Part shown: piece by piece, positions 15,264-23,686 of the stretch
Layout of the letters: every line of letters begins with the position of its first letter
Numbering within the stretch: the stretch's first letter is position 1
DNA from: Bdellovibrionota bacterium
GTDB taxonomy: Bacteria; Bdellovibrionota_C; UBA2361; OMIW01
DNA: 35,899 nucleotides
NCBI GenBank assembly: GCA_044345055.1
Contig: JBIJBT010000023.1
Coordinates: 1 to 35,899 of the forward strand
Direction: 5' to 3'
Translations under genes and position numbers: made by a program
The notes under the pieces: model-generated
Told to the model about the DNA's origin: nothing
What the model saw: only the letters and a program-made list of their open reading frames with translations
The model's database searches: none

Positions 15264-17126
15264 TCAATCATCATCATCGCTACCTACCTCGGTAGCTATT
15301 GCTTTTGGCATATCTATAAAGCCCGGTATTCCCTCCTGTAGAATCACAAAACGGATTACATAGACGACAACGGGTACCCCGAGAAGAAGCCCCCAGACCC
15401 CAAAAAAGTGCTCGCAAACTGCGAGAATGGTTAGGACCAGGACTGGGTGGAGATGGAGCATGTTGCCGAGAATACGAGGATTTAAAACGCTCGTTTCGAG
15501 GAAGTGTATCAATAGAATTGCGGCAATCGAGGAAGCTGCAAGGGTGAAGCTTCCGCCATCCTGAGTGAGTGCCATAATCGCGATCGGCACGCTCGAAAAT
15601 ACAACTCCAAGAACAGGTACAAAGCTGCACAGAAAAACTATAAAGCAGAGAAAAGCAGCGTTTTGTATCCCCAGAAAATGAATCGCTATCCAGGTAAGAG
15701 CGGAATTCACGATCGCGATAATTCCCTGAGCCTGAAATGCGCGGCCGATAAGTAGACCAAAGCTTACGAGCCCTGGTTTAATTTCCCAGTAGACGTGACG
15801 AAAGCGGGTGCGGGAGAGCTTTTCGAGTCCAGAGCGAAGCCGTGGAACATCGATTGTAATAAGAAAACTCAAGAGAAGCGCGGTCAGAAGCTGCATCGGG
15901 AATAAGAGGATCTTCGGCACTAACTGGCCAATCGCTCCTCCTAAAGAGCTCATAAGAGCGAGTGCGTGCTCCTCAACCTTTTCCTGTAACTTACCTGCAA
16001 GCTCACCCCGTTTCCACTCTGCGTAGAGCTTTGACCTCTCCGTTCGCTCAAATATCTCTCGCTCACGCCTTGATTCGCCCTGTTTTGGGTCATTCAAACT
16101 GCTCACCGAATCGATGGTATGAATCGACCGAAGCGCATCTGAAAAATCAGAGATATCCCCCGATGATGCTGCTCGAAGGGTTTCGTACTGCTCCAGAGAG
16201 TAAGGAATTGTTTCCGGTAGTCGTTCAAAGAAACGGGCAAAAAGGGCTCGTGCGAGTTTGGGGTCTTCTCGCTGAATCTCACGGGCTCGGCTTCTCGCTG
16301 AATCAAGCTCCCACTCGGTCGTTAGTGTCGCGCGGGTTGTTTCATCTGCGAGCAGCGATGTCGTGACAAATCTCAATATAGCTGCCTCTCGCTCGGAGTG
16401 AGAAAGCGCAGAGAGCTGCTTTAACCCAGGAATCTGAAACTCTTGCTTTCGGTAGAGCTCTTCCCAAAGGCGAGCGTAATCAGCACGGTTATTATTGTAT
16501 TCTGCGGCGGCCCTGTTTTTTAGCACCCACTCCTCTAGGCTTCGAGTACTTGCGTTAGGCGATGGCGTATCAGAGCCAGTTACTGAAGAGCTGTGCTCAA
16601 GGAGATAGTCCTCAAAAGATCGCTCAATCGATTGCATAATCTCCAAAAAATGCTCCCGCTGTTGCTCGGGCGAGTGAAATCGTTCGTATGCTTCTTGGTA
16701 TAACGGTGAGTTTTTATCCCCATATTTTTGCTGAAAAAGCCACCTTCCGACGCTATTGGTGAGGTACTCGTCGAATTGAGCCTGCGGGCTTCGTTCAGGG
16801 CTTGCAATCCGTCTTGCGAGCGTTTGCCCCTGTTGGGCAAGCTCGGGGGCAACCAGAGAACCGATCCCAATAATTCCCACAACGAGCCCGAGAAAGCAGA
16901 AAAATGCAACAACGGTCTCTATCCACGGCAGCAACCGATTCCCAGAAAATGGTCGACAAAGTCTCACCACCAGGGTTCGCATCGAGTAGCTTAAGAGAAA
17001 TGTAAGAAAAATAATGAAGAAAAAATGGCGCAATACATAGATCATCGAGAGAAACAGCGACCATATTATGAGCTTTTCCCACGGCAGTTTGTTGAGAAAC
17101 GAGAAGCGGGAGGCGGGCTGGTTCAT
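15264..17126 (-). CDS. AI-2E family transporter with large soluble insertion
   Basis: N-terminal TMs (FFIIFLTFLLSY), C-terminal AQGIIAIVN, FLCSFVPVLG, HFLETSVLNPRILG..LHLHPVLVL and FFGVWGLLLGVP. Confidence 0.88.
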   Translation of the reverse strand: MNQPASRFSFLNKLPWEKLIIWSLFLSMIYVLRHFFFIIFLTFLLSYSMRTLVVRLCRPFSGNRLLPWIETVVAFFCFLGLVVGIIGIGSLVAPELAQQGQTLARRIASPERSPQAQFDEYLTNSVGRWLFQQKYGDKNSPLYQEAYERFHSPEQQREHFLEIMQSIERSFEDYLLEHSSSVTGSDTPSPNASTRSLEEWVLKNRAAAEYNNNRADYARLWEELYRKQEFQIPGLKQLSALSHSEREAAILRFVTTSLLADETTRATLTTEWELDSARSRAREIQREDPKLARALFARFFERLPETIPYSLEQYETLRAASSGDISDFSDALRSIHTIDSVSSLNDPKQGESRREREIFERTERSKLYAEWKRGELAGKLQEKVEEHALALMSSLGGAIGQLVPKILLFPMQLLTALLLSFLITIDVPRLRSGLEKLSRTRFRHVYWEIKPGLVSFGLLIGRAFQAQGIIAIVNSALTWIAIHFLGIQNAAFLCFIVFLCSFVPVLGVVFSSVPIAIMALTQDGGSFTLAASSIAAILLIHFLETSVLNPRILGNMLHLHPVLVLTILAVCEHFFGVWGLLLGVPVVVYVIRFVILQEGIPGFIDMPKAIATEVGSDDDD

Positions 17127-17375
17127 ACAGAGCTCACAGAGGGGAGGTCGAGTGGTAGCGCTACCGTTTAAGCGTTCTGAATATCATTTATGCATTCTGG
17201 ATATAATAAGTAGTCTCAGTCGGCAAGTCTATGGTGCCGTTGGAAACTACATCTCAAAAAACGAGTGCGTCCGCTAGGGCGTGAGTCTAGATTTTCCGCT
17301 TTTGGCTCGTGGTCTCGGGCTGGTAAATGATGTACTCTCCCAAACTTGGTGGATAAGGACGAGTCACGGGGTCGT

Positions 17376-18782
17376 ATGACAAACGCAGCTAAGGACGAAA
17401 AACCTGATATTCGGGCGATAATGGCGGAGATCCGGAGCTCGGTGCGTTCGAAGGCTGAGAGCCTGAAGGACCAGGGGCCGACTTTTCAGGCTGAGCCGGC
17501 GGGATTCAACGTGGAGGGGCACCGGAAAGCAGGAGATCTGCAATACTCAGAGAACTTACGGATGGTGAATCGGCTTGCGGTGATGGGGTTCTCGTGTGAT
17601 GCGACCCCAATAGTTTCTCACCGACGAGGTTTTGTTGGAAAGGCGATTGTTGCGGTGAAGCGCCGCGTACAGCGCATTATTTGGTCACTTTTTCAGACCA
17701 ATATCGAAGCTGAGCGGGAATTCCGCGCTCACGTTGCTCGGGTGCTAAATGAGGCAAGTAGCTATATAGATGACCGAGATGCTGCTCTTTTCTGGGAGAT
17801 GGTTCGGAAGCTCGATAGTGATGTGGCGCGGCTTTTGGGACGTATTGATGAGGTTGTAAGCGAGCAGCGGGGGGTCATTGAAGGGGTCGAGCGGCGGGTG
17901 ACTGGGCGAATTGATGGAGAGGTGATGCAAGAGATTACATCGCTTCGAGAACTTGCAGGTCGGGTCCGCATGCTCGATTCGGTGGTACTGGGGCTAGAGG
18001 GGATATTGTCTCGTCTAGGGCGACCCGAGAAGTCACTCTCTGTTGAGGAGGCGCCGATACCTGATCCATCGTATCTTTTACTTGAAAATAGGTATCGTGG
18101 AGCCCCCGCTGAGATCGCGGCGCGGGTTGAGCCGTACGTTGAGGATTTTCTTCGGGAGGGCAGAACCGAACGTCCCATACTTGATATCGGCGCGGGTCGA
18201 GGGGAGTTGGTTTCGGTCTTTCGAAAACGGGGGGTTGCCGCCTATGGGGTTGATCTCGACCGAGCGATGGTCGAGGAGGCAAATGGTGCGGGGAACGATG
18301 TGCGATTGGGAGATGGTATCGGGCATCTCGCCGCGCTTGAGGATGGTGCGCTCGGGGGGATTATCGCGACGCAGGTGGTAGAACACCTCACCCGTGACCA
18401 GCTCCGACAGCTCTTTGCTCTTGCCGCGCGCAAAGTTGCATCGGGCGGTACTGTTATCTTTGAAACAATTAACCCCTGTTCGCTAGTTGCTTTATCCTCG
18501 AACTACTTTCGCGATCTTACTCACGTCTGGCCGCTCCATCCAGATACTCTAGCGTATGAAATTGAGCTTGCGGGTCTTCGGGTTAGGGAGGTGCGATATC
18601 TTTCGCCGATACCGCCGGAAGCGCAGCTTCAAGAAGTTGCGCTCTCTTCGGAGATGCCGCCAGCGATACAGCACGGATTCGAGCAGGTGAATGGGGCGAT
18701 TCGTCAGATCAATAGGGTAATGTACGGTTATCAGGACTATTGTGTGATTGCTGAACCAGCTTTAAGCGGGGTTCTTCGCTAA
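17376..18782 (+). CDS. Class I SAM-dependent methyltransferase with N-terminal coiled coil (glycan-capping type)
   Basis: YLLLENRYRG, ILDIGAGRGE, YGVDLD, QVVEHL, FETINP, DLTH..PLHP and YGYQDY motifs. The N-terminus contains SHR...GKAIVAVKR and a heptad-rich region. ATG 17376 preferred over 17346. Confidence 0.85.
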   Translation: MTNAAKDEKPDIRAIMAEIRSSVRSKAESLKDQGPTFQAEPAGFNVEGHRKAGDLQYSENLRMVNRLAVMGFSCDATPIVSHRRGFVGKAIVAVKRRVQRIIWSLFQTNIEAEREFRAHVARVLNEASSYIDDRDAALFWEMVRKLDSDVARLLGRIDEVVSEQRGVIEGVERRVTGRIDGEVMQEITSLRELAGRVRMLDSVVLGLEGILSRLGRPEKSLSVEEAPIPDPSYLLLENRYRGAPAEIAARVEPYVEDFLREGRTERPILDIGAGRGELVSVFRKRGVAAYGVDLDRAMVEEANGAGNDVRLGDGIGHLAALEDGALGGIIATQVVEHLTRDQLRQLFALAARKVASGGTVIFETINPCSLVALSSNYFRDLTHVWPLHPDTLAYEIELAGLRVREVRYLSPIPPEAQLQEVALSSEMPPAIQHGFEQVNGAIRQINRVMYGYQDYCVIAEPALSGVLR

Positions 18783-18790
18783 GTGATTAG

Positions 18791-18850
18791 GACAGAGTTA
18801 TTTACGACACAGTTATTCAGGAAGGCGTTATTCAGGAAGGCGTTATTCAG
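18791..18850. repeat. 15-bp tandem repeat, 4 copies, intergenic
   Basis: GACAGAGTTATTTAC / GACACAGTTATTCAG / GAAGGCGTTATTCAG / GAAGGCGTTATTCAG. Confidence 0.85.
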
Positions 18851-18869
18851 AAAATTTTAAGGAGTAATT

Positions 18870-19124
18870 ATGGCATCGGTAAAAATCTACTCTCTTGATT
18901 ATTGCCCTTATTGCGTGCAGGCAAAGTCTTTGCTGACGCAGCGAGGGGTGACTTACGAAGAGATACTCGTTGATTCGCGTGATCATGAAACTCGTGAACA
19001 GCTTCGGCAGCGCTCCGGTATGAAAACGTTTCCGCAGATTTTTCATGGAGAGACCCTTATCGGAGGGTTCTCTGATCTAAAAGCTCGTGATGAGTCACAA
19101 GGGCTCGAGGATTTGCGGAGCTGA
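18870..19124 (+). CDS. grxC: Glutaredoxin 3
   Basis: CPYC active site, TFPQIF, IGGFSDL; AAGGAG RBS. Confidence 0.92.
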   Translation: MASVKIYSLDYCPYCVQAKSLLTQRGVTYEEILVDSRDHETREQLRQRSGMKTFPQIFHGETLIGGFSDLKARDESQGLEDLRS

Positions 19125-19174
19125 GCTTTGTGGTGCGGTATTAGACTTTTTATTGATAGAAGAGGCAACTGAGC

Positions 19175-20146
19175 ATGGGTACGCGGCGAGATGAATTACG
19201 GGCGGGACTTTTTGTGCTGGCTGCGCTGAGCCTGTTGTTCGTCAGTATTCTTGTGATGGGGCGTGAGCGGCAGCTCTTTGTCGACCAGATCGCGTATTCA
19301 GCTCGGGTGGTTGATACGAAGGGGCTTGCAACGGGAGCACCGATTCGGCTTGGCGGAATCAAGATTGGTCGTATAGGTTCGATAGAGTTTCCGCGTGATG
19401 CGAGTGACCCAGAGATTCGGTTACACCTCTTAATTAATGAGCCTTACACAGATCGGTTGCGCGAAGATTCAACTCTCTCGATTGAAACGCAGGGCCTTCT
19501 CGGCGACCGTTTTGTGAGTATTTCTGGCGGGCGCAGCGAGGTGGTGTTGAGCCCAGGAAGTGAAATAGGGGTTAAGGAGAGTCAGGAGTTGGGAGCGGTT
19601 CTCGGCAAGGTTCAAACGATCGTCGAAGATACCTCGACGGTTGCAAAAGATCTGACCTCAATCACCGGAAAAGTAAAAGAAGAGGGGGTCGACAAGCTGG
19701 TTAAGGCGTTTGAGTCATTTAATCGGGTCATCGCTGAGGTCGAACAGGGGAAGGGGTTCGCTCACGAGGTTGTTTACGGCTCAACCGGTAAAGATACGAT
19801 CCAAGATCTGCGGGATGCGGCAAAAAATCTTAAAGATGCCACTGCCGATGTTCGTGAGTTGGTACATAGGCTGAAGGGGGATAACGGGATCCTCATGGGG
19901 CTCCTCGGAAACGAATCGGGAGCAGCAATGCAGCGAGCGGTAAAAAATATCGGTAAAGCTACCGAGGATATTGCCATTGTGAGCGATGCGCTTGCTCACG
20001 GAACTGGCACTGTGGGGGCGTTGATAATGGATTCAACCCTCTACGACAACACGGTGCAGCTTACTGACGAAGCAAAACGGAGCGTTCTGCTTCGTCAGGC
20101 GATTCGTTCTGCTATGAAATCGGCAAAGCGAGATAAGGATTCCTGA
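19175..20146 (+). CDS. mlaD: MlaD/MCE family protein
   Basis: N-terminal TM, GLATGAPIRLGGIKIGRI, IETQGLLGDRFVSI, helical C-terminus with GTVGAL. Confidence 0.85.
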   Translation: MGTRRDELRAGLFVLAALSLLFVSILVMGRERQLFVDQIAYSARVVDTKGLATGAPIRLGGIKIGRIGSIEFPRDASDPEIRLHLLINEPYTDRLREDSTLSIETQGLLGDRFVSISGGRSEVVLSPGSEIGVKESQELGAVLGKVQTIVEDTSTVAKDLTSITGKVKEEGVDKLVKAFESFNRVIAEVEQGKGFAHEVVYGSTGKDTIQDLRDAAKNLKDATADVRELVHRLKGDNGILMGLLGNESGAAMQRAVKNIGKATEDIAIVSDALAHGTGTVGALIMDSTLYDNTVQLTDEAKRSVLLRQAIRSAMKSAKRDKDS

Positions 20147-20264
20147 GAGGTTACTATTTTTGTGATCTCGTGATACCGTCGAGCAGCGCGACGACGGGAT
20201 TCTGAGATACCGTTTGGTGAAAATTAAATCAGCTCAATTTGTAAAGCACAGGATGGAATAGAAG

Positions 20265-20993
20265 ATGAAAACGGATACGATACGACGATTTTTTTGTATA
20301 GGAGCGATTGTGAGTAGTGTTGTTGCAGGTGGTGTGCAGGAGGCGTTCGCGCAAGATTTCAAGACTGACGATGACAAGGTAAGCTACCTTATTGGTCGGG
20401 ATATCGGCCAAAAAATGAAGGAGAGCGAGACCTCGGTGAAGGGTGTCTTCTTCGCTCAGGGAATCGATGATGCTATGCAGGGTGCCGCCTCCCGTATATC
20501 TGCGGAGGAGGGTCAGCGTTTAATGATGGCATTCCAGCAAGCAACGCTGGAGCGATTTGAGAAGCGACAGAAAGAGGTTGAGGAGTTGAGCAAGGCGTAC
20601 CTTGAAAAAAATAAGACGGCTGCTGGTGTGAAGGTGACACCATCGGGCCTTCAGTACAGGGTGATAAAGGCTGGAAGTGGTGCTGCTCCGACTGTGAACG
20701 ATTCGGTGCGGGTCCATTATGTTGGCAAACTGGTTGATGGAACTGTTTTCGATAGCTCGCGAGAGCGGAATGAGCCGGCAGAATTCGCGGTTAAGCAGGT
20801 CATAAAGGGGTGGCAAGAGGGGATTCCGCTAATGCAGGTTGGGTCAACTTACGAACTGGTGATTCCTGCATCACTTGGATATGGCGAGCGGGGAGCTCCT
20901 CCAAAAATTGGTCGAAACGCTACTCTTGTGTTCGAAGTCGAGCTTCTCGATATCGTTAAGGATATTCCAAAACAGGTTCCTGCGACTAAGTAG
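20265..20993 (+). CDS. FKBP-type peptidyl-prolyl cis-trans isomerase (FkpA/Mip type)
   Basis: Signal peptide, FKBP_N (KVSYLIG), TPSGLQYRV, VHYVGKLVDGTVFDSS, VIKGWQEG, LGYGERG, TLVFEVELL. Confidence 0.95.
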   Translation: MKTDTIRRFFCIGAIVSSVVAGGVQEAFAQDFKTDDDKVSYLIGRDIGQKMKESETSVKGVFFAQGIDDAMQGAASRISAEEGQRLMMAFQQATLERFEKRQKEVEELSKAYLEKNKTAAGVKVTPSGLQYRVIKAGSGAAPTVNDSVRVHYVGKLVDGTVFDSSRERNEPAEFAVKQVIKGWQEGIPLMQVGSTYELVIPASLGYGERGAPPKIGRNATLVFEVELLDIVKDIPKQVPATK

Positions 20994-21163
20994 TCGACTC
21001 TGAAAAACCCCTCCATGGGTTTTTCAGGGCGGCTTCAAGCACACAAAATCGCTTTAAGCCCGATTTTGTGCGCGTCGCCCAAACGTCTATCGACGTTTGC
21101 CGGACCCTTCGTGGTCCGGAGTGCTCCCTGAAATTAGGTAGTTATACTCTTTTTCAGAGAGCA
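20994..21163. mobile_element. Candidate MITE, ~170 bp, non-coding
   Basis: Imperfect terminal inverted repeats TCGACTCTGAAAAA / TTTTTCAGAGAGCA, flanked by a direct repeat (A)CTAAGTAG at 20985-20993 and 21163-21171. Five internal hairpins. Confidence 0.7.
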
Positions 21164-21260
21164 CTAAGTAGCGTAGAAGGGCGATCGTTTCTTTCGAGGA
21201 GCTTGATTCTTCGAGGGGTATGGTCGCCGAATATCGAGAGCTGGTAGGGATGAAGTGGGC

Positions 21261-22493
21261 ATGAAAGCGATTACCTTGTTAGGATCCTCGAGTGGGCGAA
21301 ATGCGGGAGATGCGGCGCTCATCGCGGGTATCATGGATGCAATAGATGACGAGCTTCGTGAGCCGCTCACCTATGAGATACCAACGCTTAATGCCCGATT
21401 TGTTCGGGAGCACTATCATCACCGAACAGTACCGATAAGCATGCTTCCGTGGTCCCTATCGGTGGGAATGCTCGGGGTTCCTTCGTTGCGCAGTGTGTTG
21501 AGGAGCGACCTTAGCTTAATTTTTGATGCGATCCTATTTGACCGCTCGCTATACAATCCCGTCTTCAACAATATGATCTCGGTAGCGCAGCTACTTCCCC
21601 TTGCGAAGCGGCGGGGAAGGCTTTGTGGAATGTATAACGTCGGAGTTGGTCCGATTGATACGCCGCAGGGAGCCTCGATACTGCGCCGTCTCGGTGATCT
21701 TATGGATTTTATCACCGTCCGAGATCAGGAGTCGTACGATATCTTACGAAATGTCGGTGTGACCAATCCTCGAATTCTGATCGGTGCCGACGCCGCTATT
21801 AGTGTGAAGCCAGCAGATGATGCGCGAGTAGCGGCGATTGCGAGCCGGATTGGACTTGATCTATCTCGAGAGATTGTCGGCATCAATGTCAGCAAGTATC
21901 TCGATACATGGGTCCGTCCCCGTAGACCATCAATGGGCAAGGAAACCTTTCTCGCGGTGACGGCCCGAGCAATTGAGAGATTCGCGCGGGATGCAGGGCT
22001 GGGGTTGTTGATGGTAAGCACGCAGCATCACGATCTTCCGCTGACTAACGAACTGGCTGCTCGGATATCTCCGAGTATTCCGCGAGCAGTGCTCTCGAAC
22101 ACCGAGTACGATCATTATGATATCAAGGGAGTGTTGCGAAAGCTCTCCATGCTCTTCGGAATGAGGCTCCACGCGACGATTCTTGCTTCATCGGAGCTTG
22201 TCCCAACGATCGGATTGGGACACCAGCCGAAGGTTGATTATTACTTCCGGGTTTTGGGTCTCCCCGCGCTCAATATGAGCTTTCACGATTTTGGAGAAGA
22301 GGCACTCACTAATCACTTCGCTTCTGCGTGGAATCGGCGCAGTGAAATTCGTGCGCACCTCGAACATCGCGTTCCGGAGCTTCGAGCTGAGGCAGCGCGG
22401 GCCGCGCAGATAGTGGGCGCGCTGCATCGTGGAAGCTCTATTGATCAGGCATTCGCACTCGGTGCGGGACCACTTAAGCGAGCTGCGGCGTGA
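21261..22493 (+). CDS. Polysaccharide pyruvyl transferase family protein (CsaB/WcaK-like)
   Basis: GRNAGDAA, VGVGPI, ITVRDQES, ADAA, GMRLHATILA, QPKV. Confidence 0.88.
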   Translation: MKAITLLGSSSGRNAGDAALIAGIMDAIDDELREPLTYEIPTLNARFVREHYHHRTVPISMLPWSLSVGMLGVPSLRSVLRSDLSLIFDAILFDRSLYNPVFNNMISVAQLLPLAKRRGRLCGMYNVGVGPIDTPQGASILRRLGDLMDFITVRDQESYDILRNVGVTNPRILIGADAAISVKPADDARVAAIASRIGLDLSREIVGINVSKYLDTWVRPRRPSMGKETFLAVTARAIERFARDAGLGLLMVSTQHHDLPLTNELAARISPSIPRAVLSNTEYDHYDIKGVLRKLSMLFGMRLHATILASSELVPTIGLGHQPKVDYYFRVLGLPALNMSFHDFGEEALTNHFASAWNRRSEIRAHLEHRVPELRAEAARAAQIVGALHRGSSIDQAFALGAGPLKRAAA

Positions 22494-23686
22494 TGAGCCT
22501 TGTTCCTGGCTCGCAGGAGCCTGTGGACCTTGCCGTTATTGGTGGAGGCGTCTTCGGGCTCTCCGTTGCGCGAGCGGCGGTTTCGCGCGGGCTCTCGGTT
22601 GCTGTTTTTGAGCAGGGTGAGGTTGGTGGTGCGACCTCCGCGAATAGCCACTGCATTATTCACAGCGGTATTCGGTATCTGCAGCGAGCATCGCTTAATA
22701 AGGTAATCGATTCTGCCCGCGCACTCGCCGTTTGGCGGCGGGAGTTTCCAGAAGAGGTCGTGCACTTGCCGTGCTGGATGCCGGTGTGGCGAAAATGGGG
22801 ATTAAAAGGGGCTGCTGCGCTTGGTGCTGGTCACCTTCTCTATCGAGCTACCCTTGCATTAGCGGGAGAATCGGGTACTCAGTGGCCCGGCGTGGTGACG
22901 CAATCTCGCATTCCCGATCATCCCCTTATTCGGCGGCCCGGAGTAATTGCGGCTTTCGGGTGGTATGATGGTTGGTTGCGCAGTCATGGCGGCGTTGTAG
23001 AGAAGTTGCGCGGGGCGATTGTTGCGGGCGAGGGCACGATTCGGGAGAGGTGCTCAGTTGCGCGAGTGACTAGAGCTGCGCGGGATTTTTTTATCGAGAC
23101 CAGTGATGGCGCTGCGGTTGTAAGTCGAGCGGTCGTCGATGCGCGTGGTCCGTGGGTTCGTCAATCAGTAGGAGAGGTGATGGCGACAGTGGATCGTTCC
23201 TGGTGTCTTGGCTTTAATGTGCTGCTTTCTCGAGATATCAGTGGCGGGATGGGAATTGCGGTACCGACCGGTTCGGGACGCATGTTGTTCGTGGCACCCC
23301 GAAATTCTTCGCAAGCTAATCAGGGGAGTGATTCGGTGACTCATCGCCAAGGACTATCGGCGATTGGTACTGGATATCTGCCGATGACGGGAGACACGAT
23401 TCCCTTGGTCCGAGAGGAGGACATAGCCGCAATGCTTTCTGAGATAAACGATGCCGCAAAAGCCGGCGGTAATTGGTCGGAATCACTCTCGCTGGGAGAT
23501 GTCGTCGGGATAGAAAGTGGGGTTTTGCCTCGCGATGATCGGGTTGTGAGCGAAGTGATTGCAGACCCCACTACCCGTATAATCGGCGATGGTCGGTATA
23601 TTGTGATTGAGTCAGGAAAATACACCACCGCGCCCGTTTTCGGAGAACGAATTGCGGCTTGGGTGGTGCGTGAGCTCGGTCGGTGA
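22493..23686 (+). CDS. FAD-dependent oxidoreductase, glycerol-3-phosphate dehydrogenase (GlpD/DAO)-like
   Basis: VIGGGVFG, GGATSANSHCIIHSGIRYLQ, VVDARGPWV, SGKYTTA. Shorter than GlpD and lacking its C-terminal domain. TGATG overlap with the upstream gene. Confidence 0.82.
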   Translation: MSLVPGSQEPVDLAVIGGGVFGLSVARAAVSRGLSVAVFEQGEVGGATSANSHCIIHSGIRYLQRASLNKVIDSARALAVWRREFPEEVVHLPCWMPVWRKWGLKGAAALGAGHLLYRATLALAGESGTQWPGVVTQSRIPDHPLIRRPGVIAAFGWYDGWLRSHGGVVEKLRGAIVAGEGTIRERCSVARVTRAARDFFIETSDGAAVVSRAVVDARGPWVRQSVGEVMATVDRSWCLGFNVLLSRDISGGMGIAVPTGSGRMLFVAPRNSSQANQGSDSVTHRQGLSAIGTGYLPMTGDTIPLVREEDIAAMLSEINDAAKAGGNWSESLSLGDVVGIESGVLPRDDRVVSEVIADPTTRIIGDGRYIVIESGKYTTAPVFGERIAAWVVRELGR

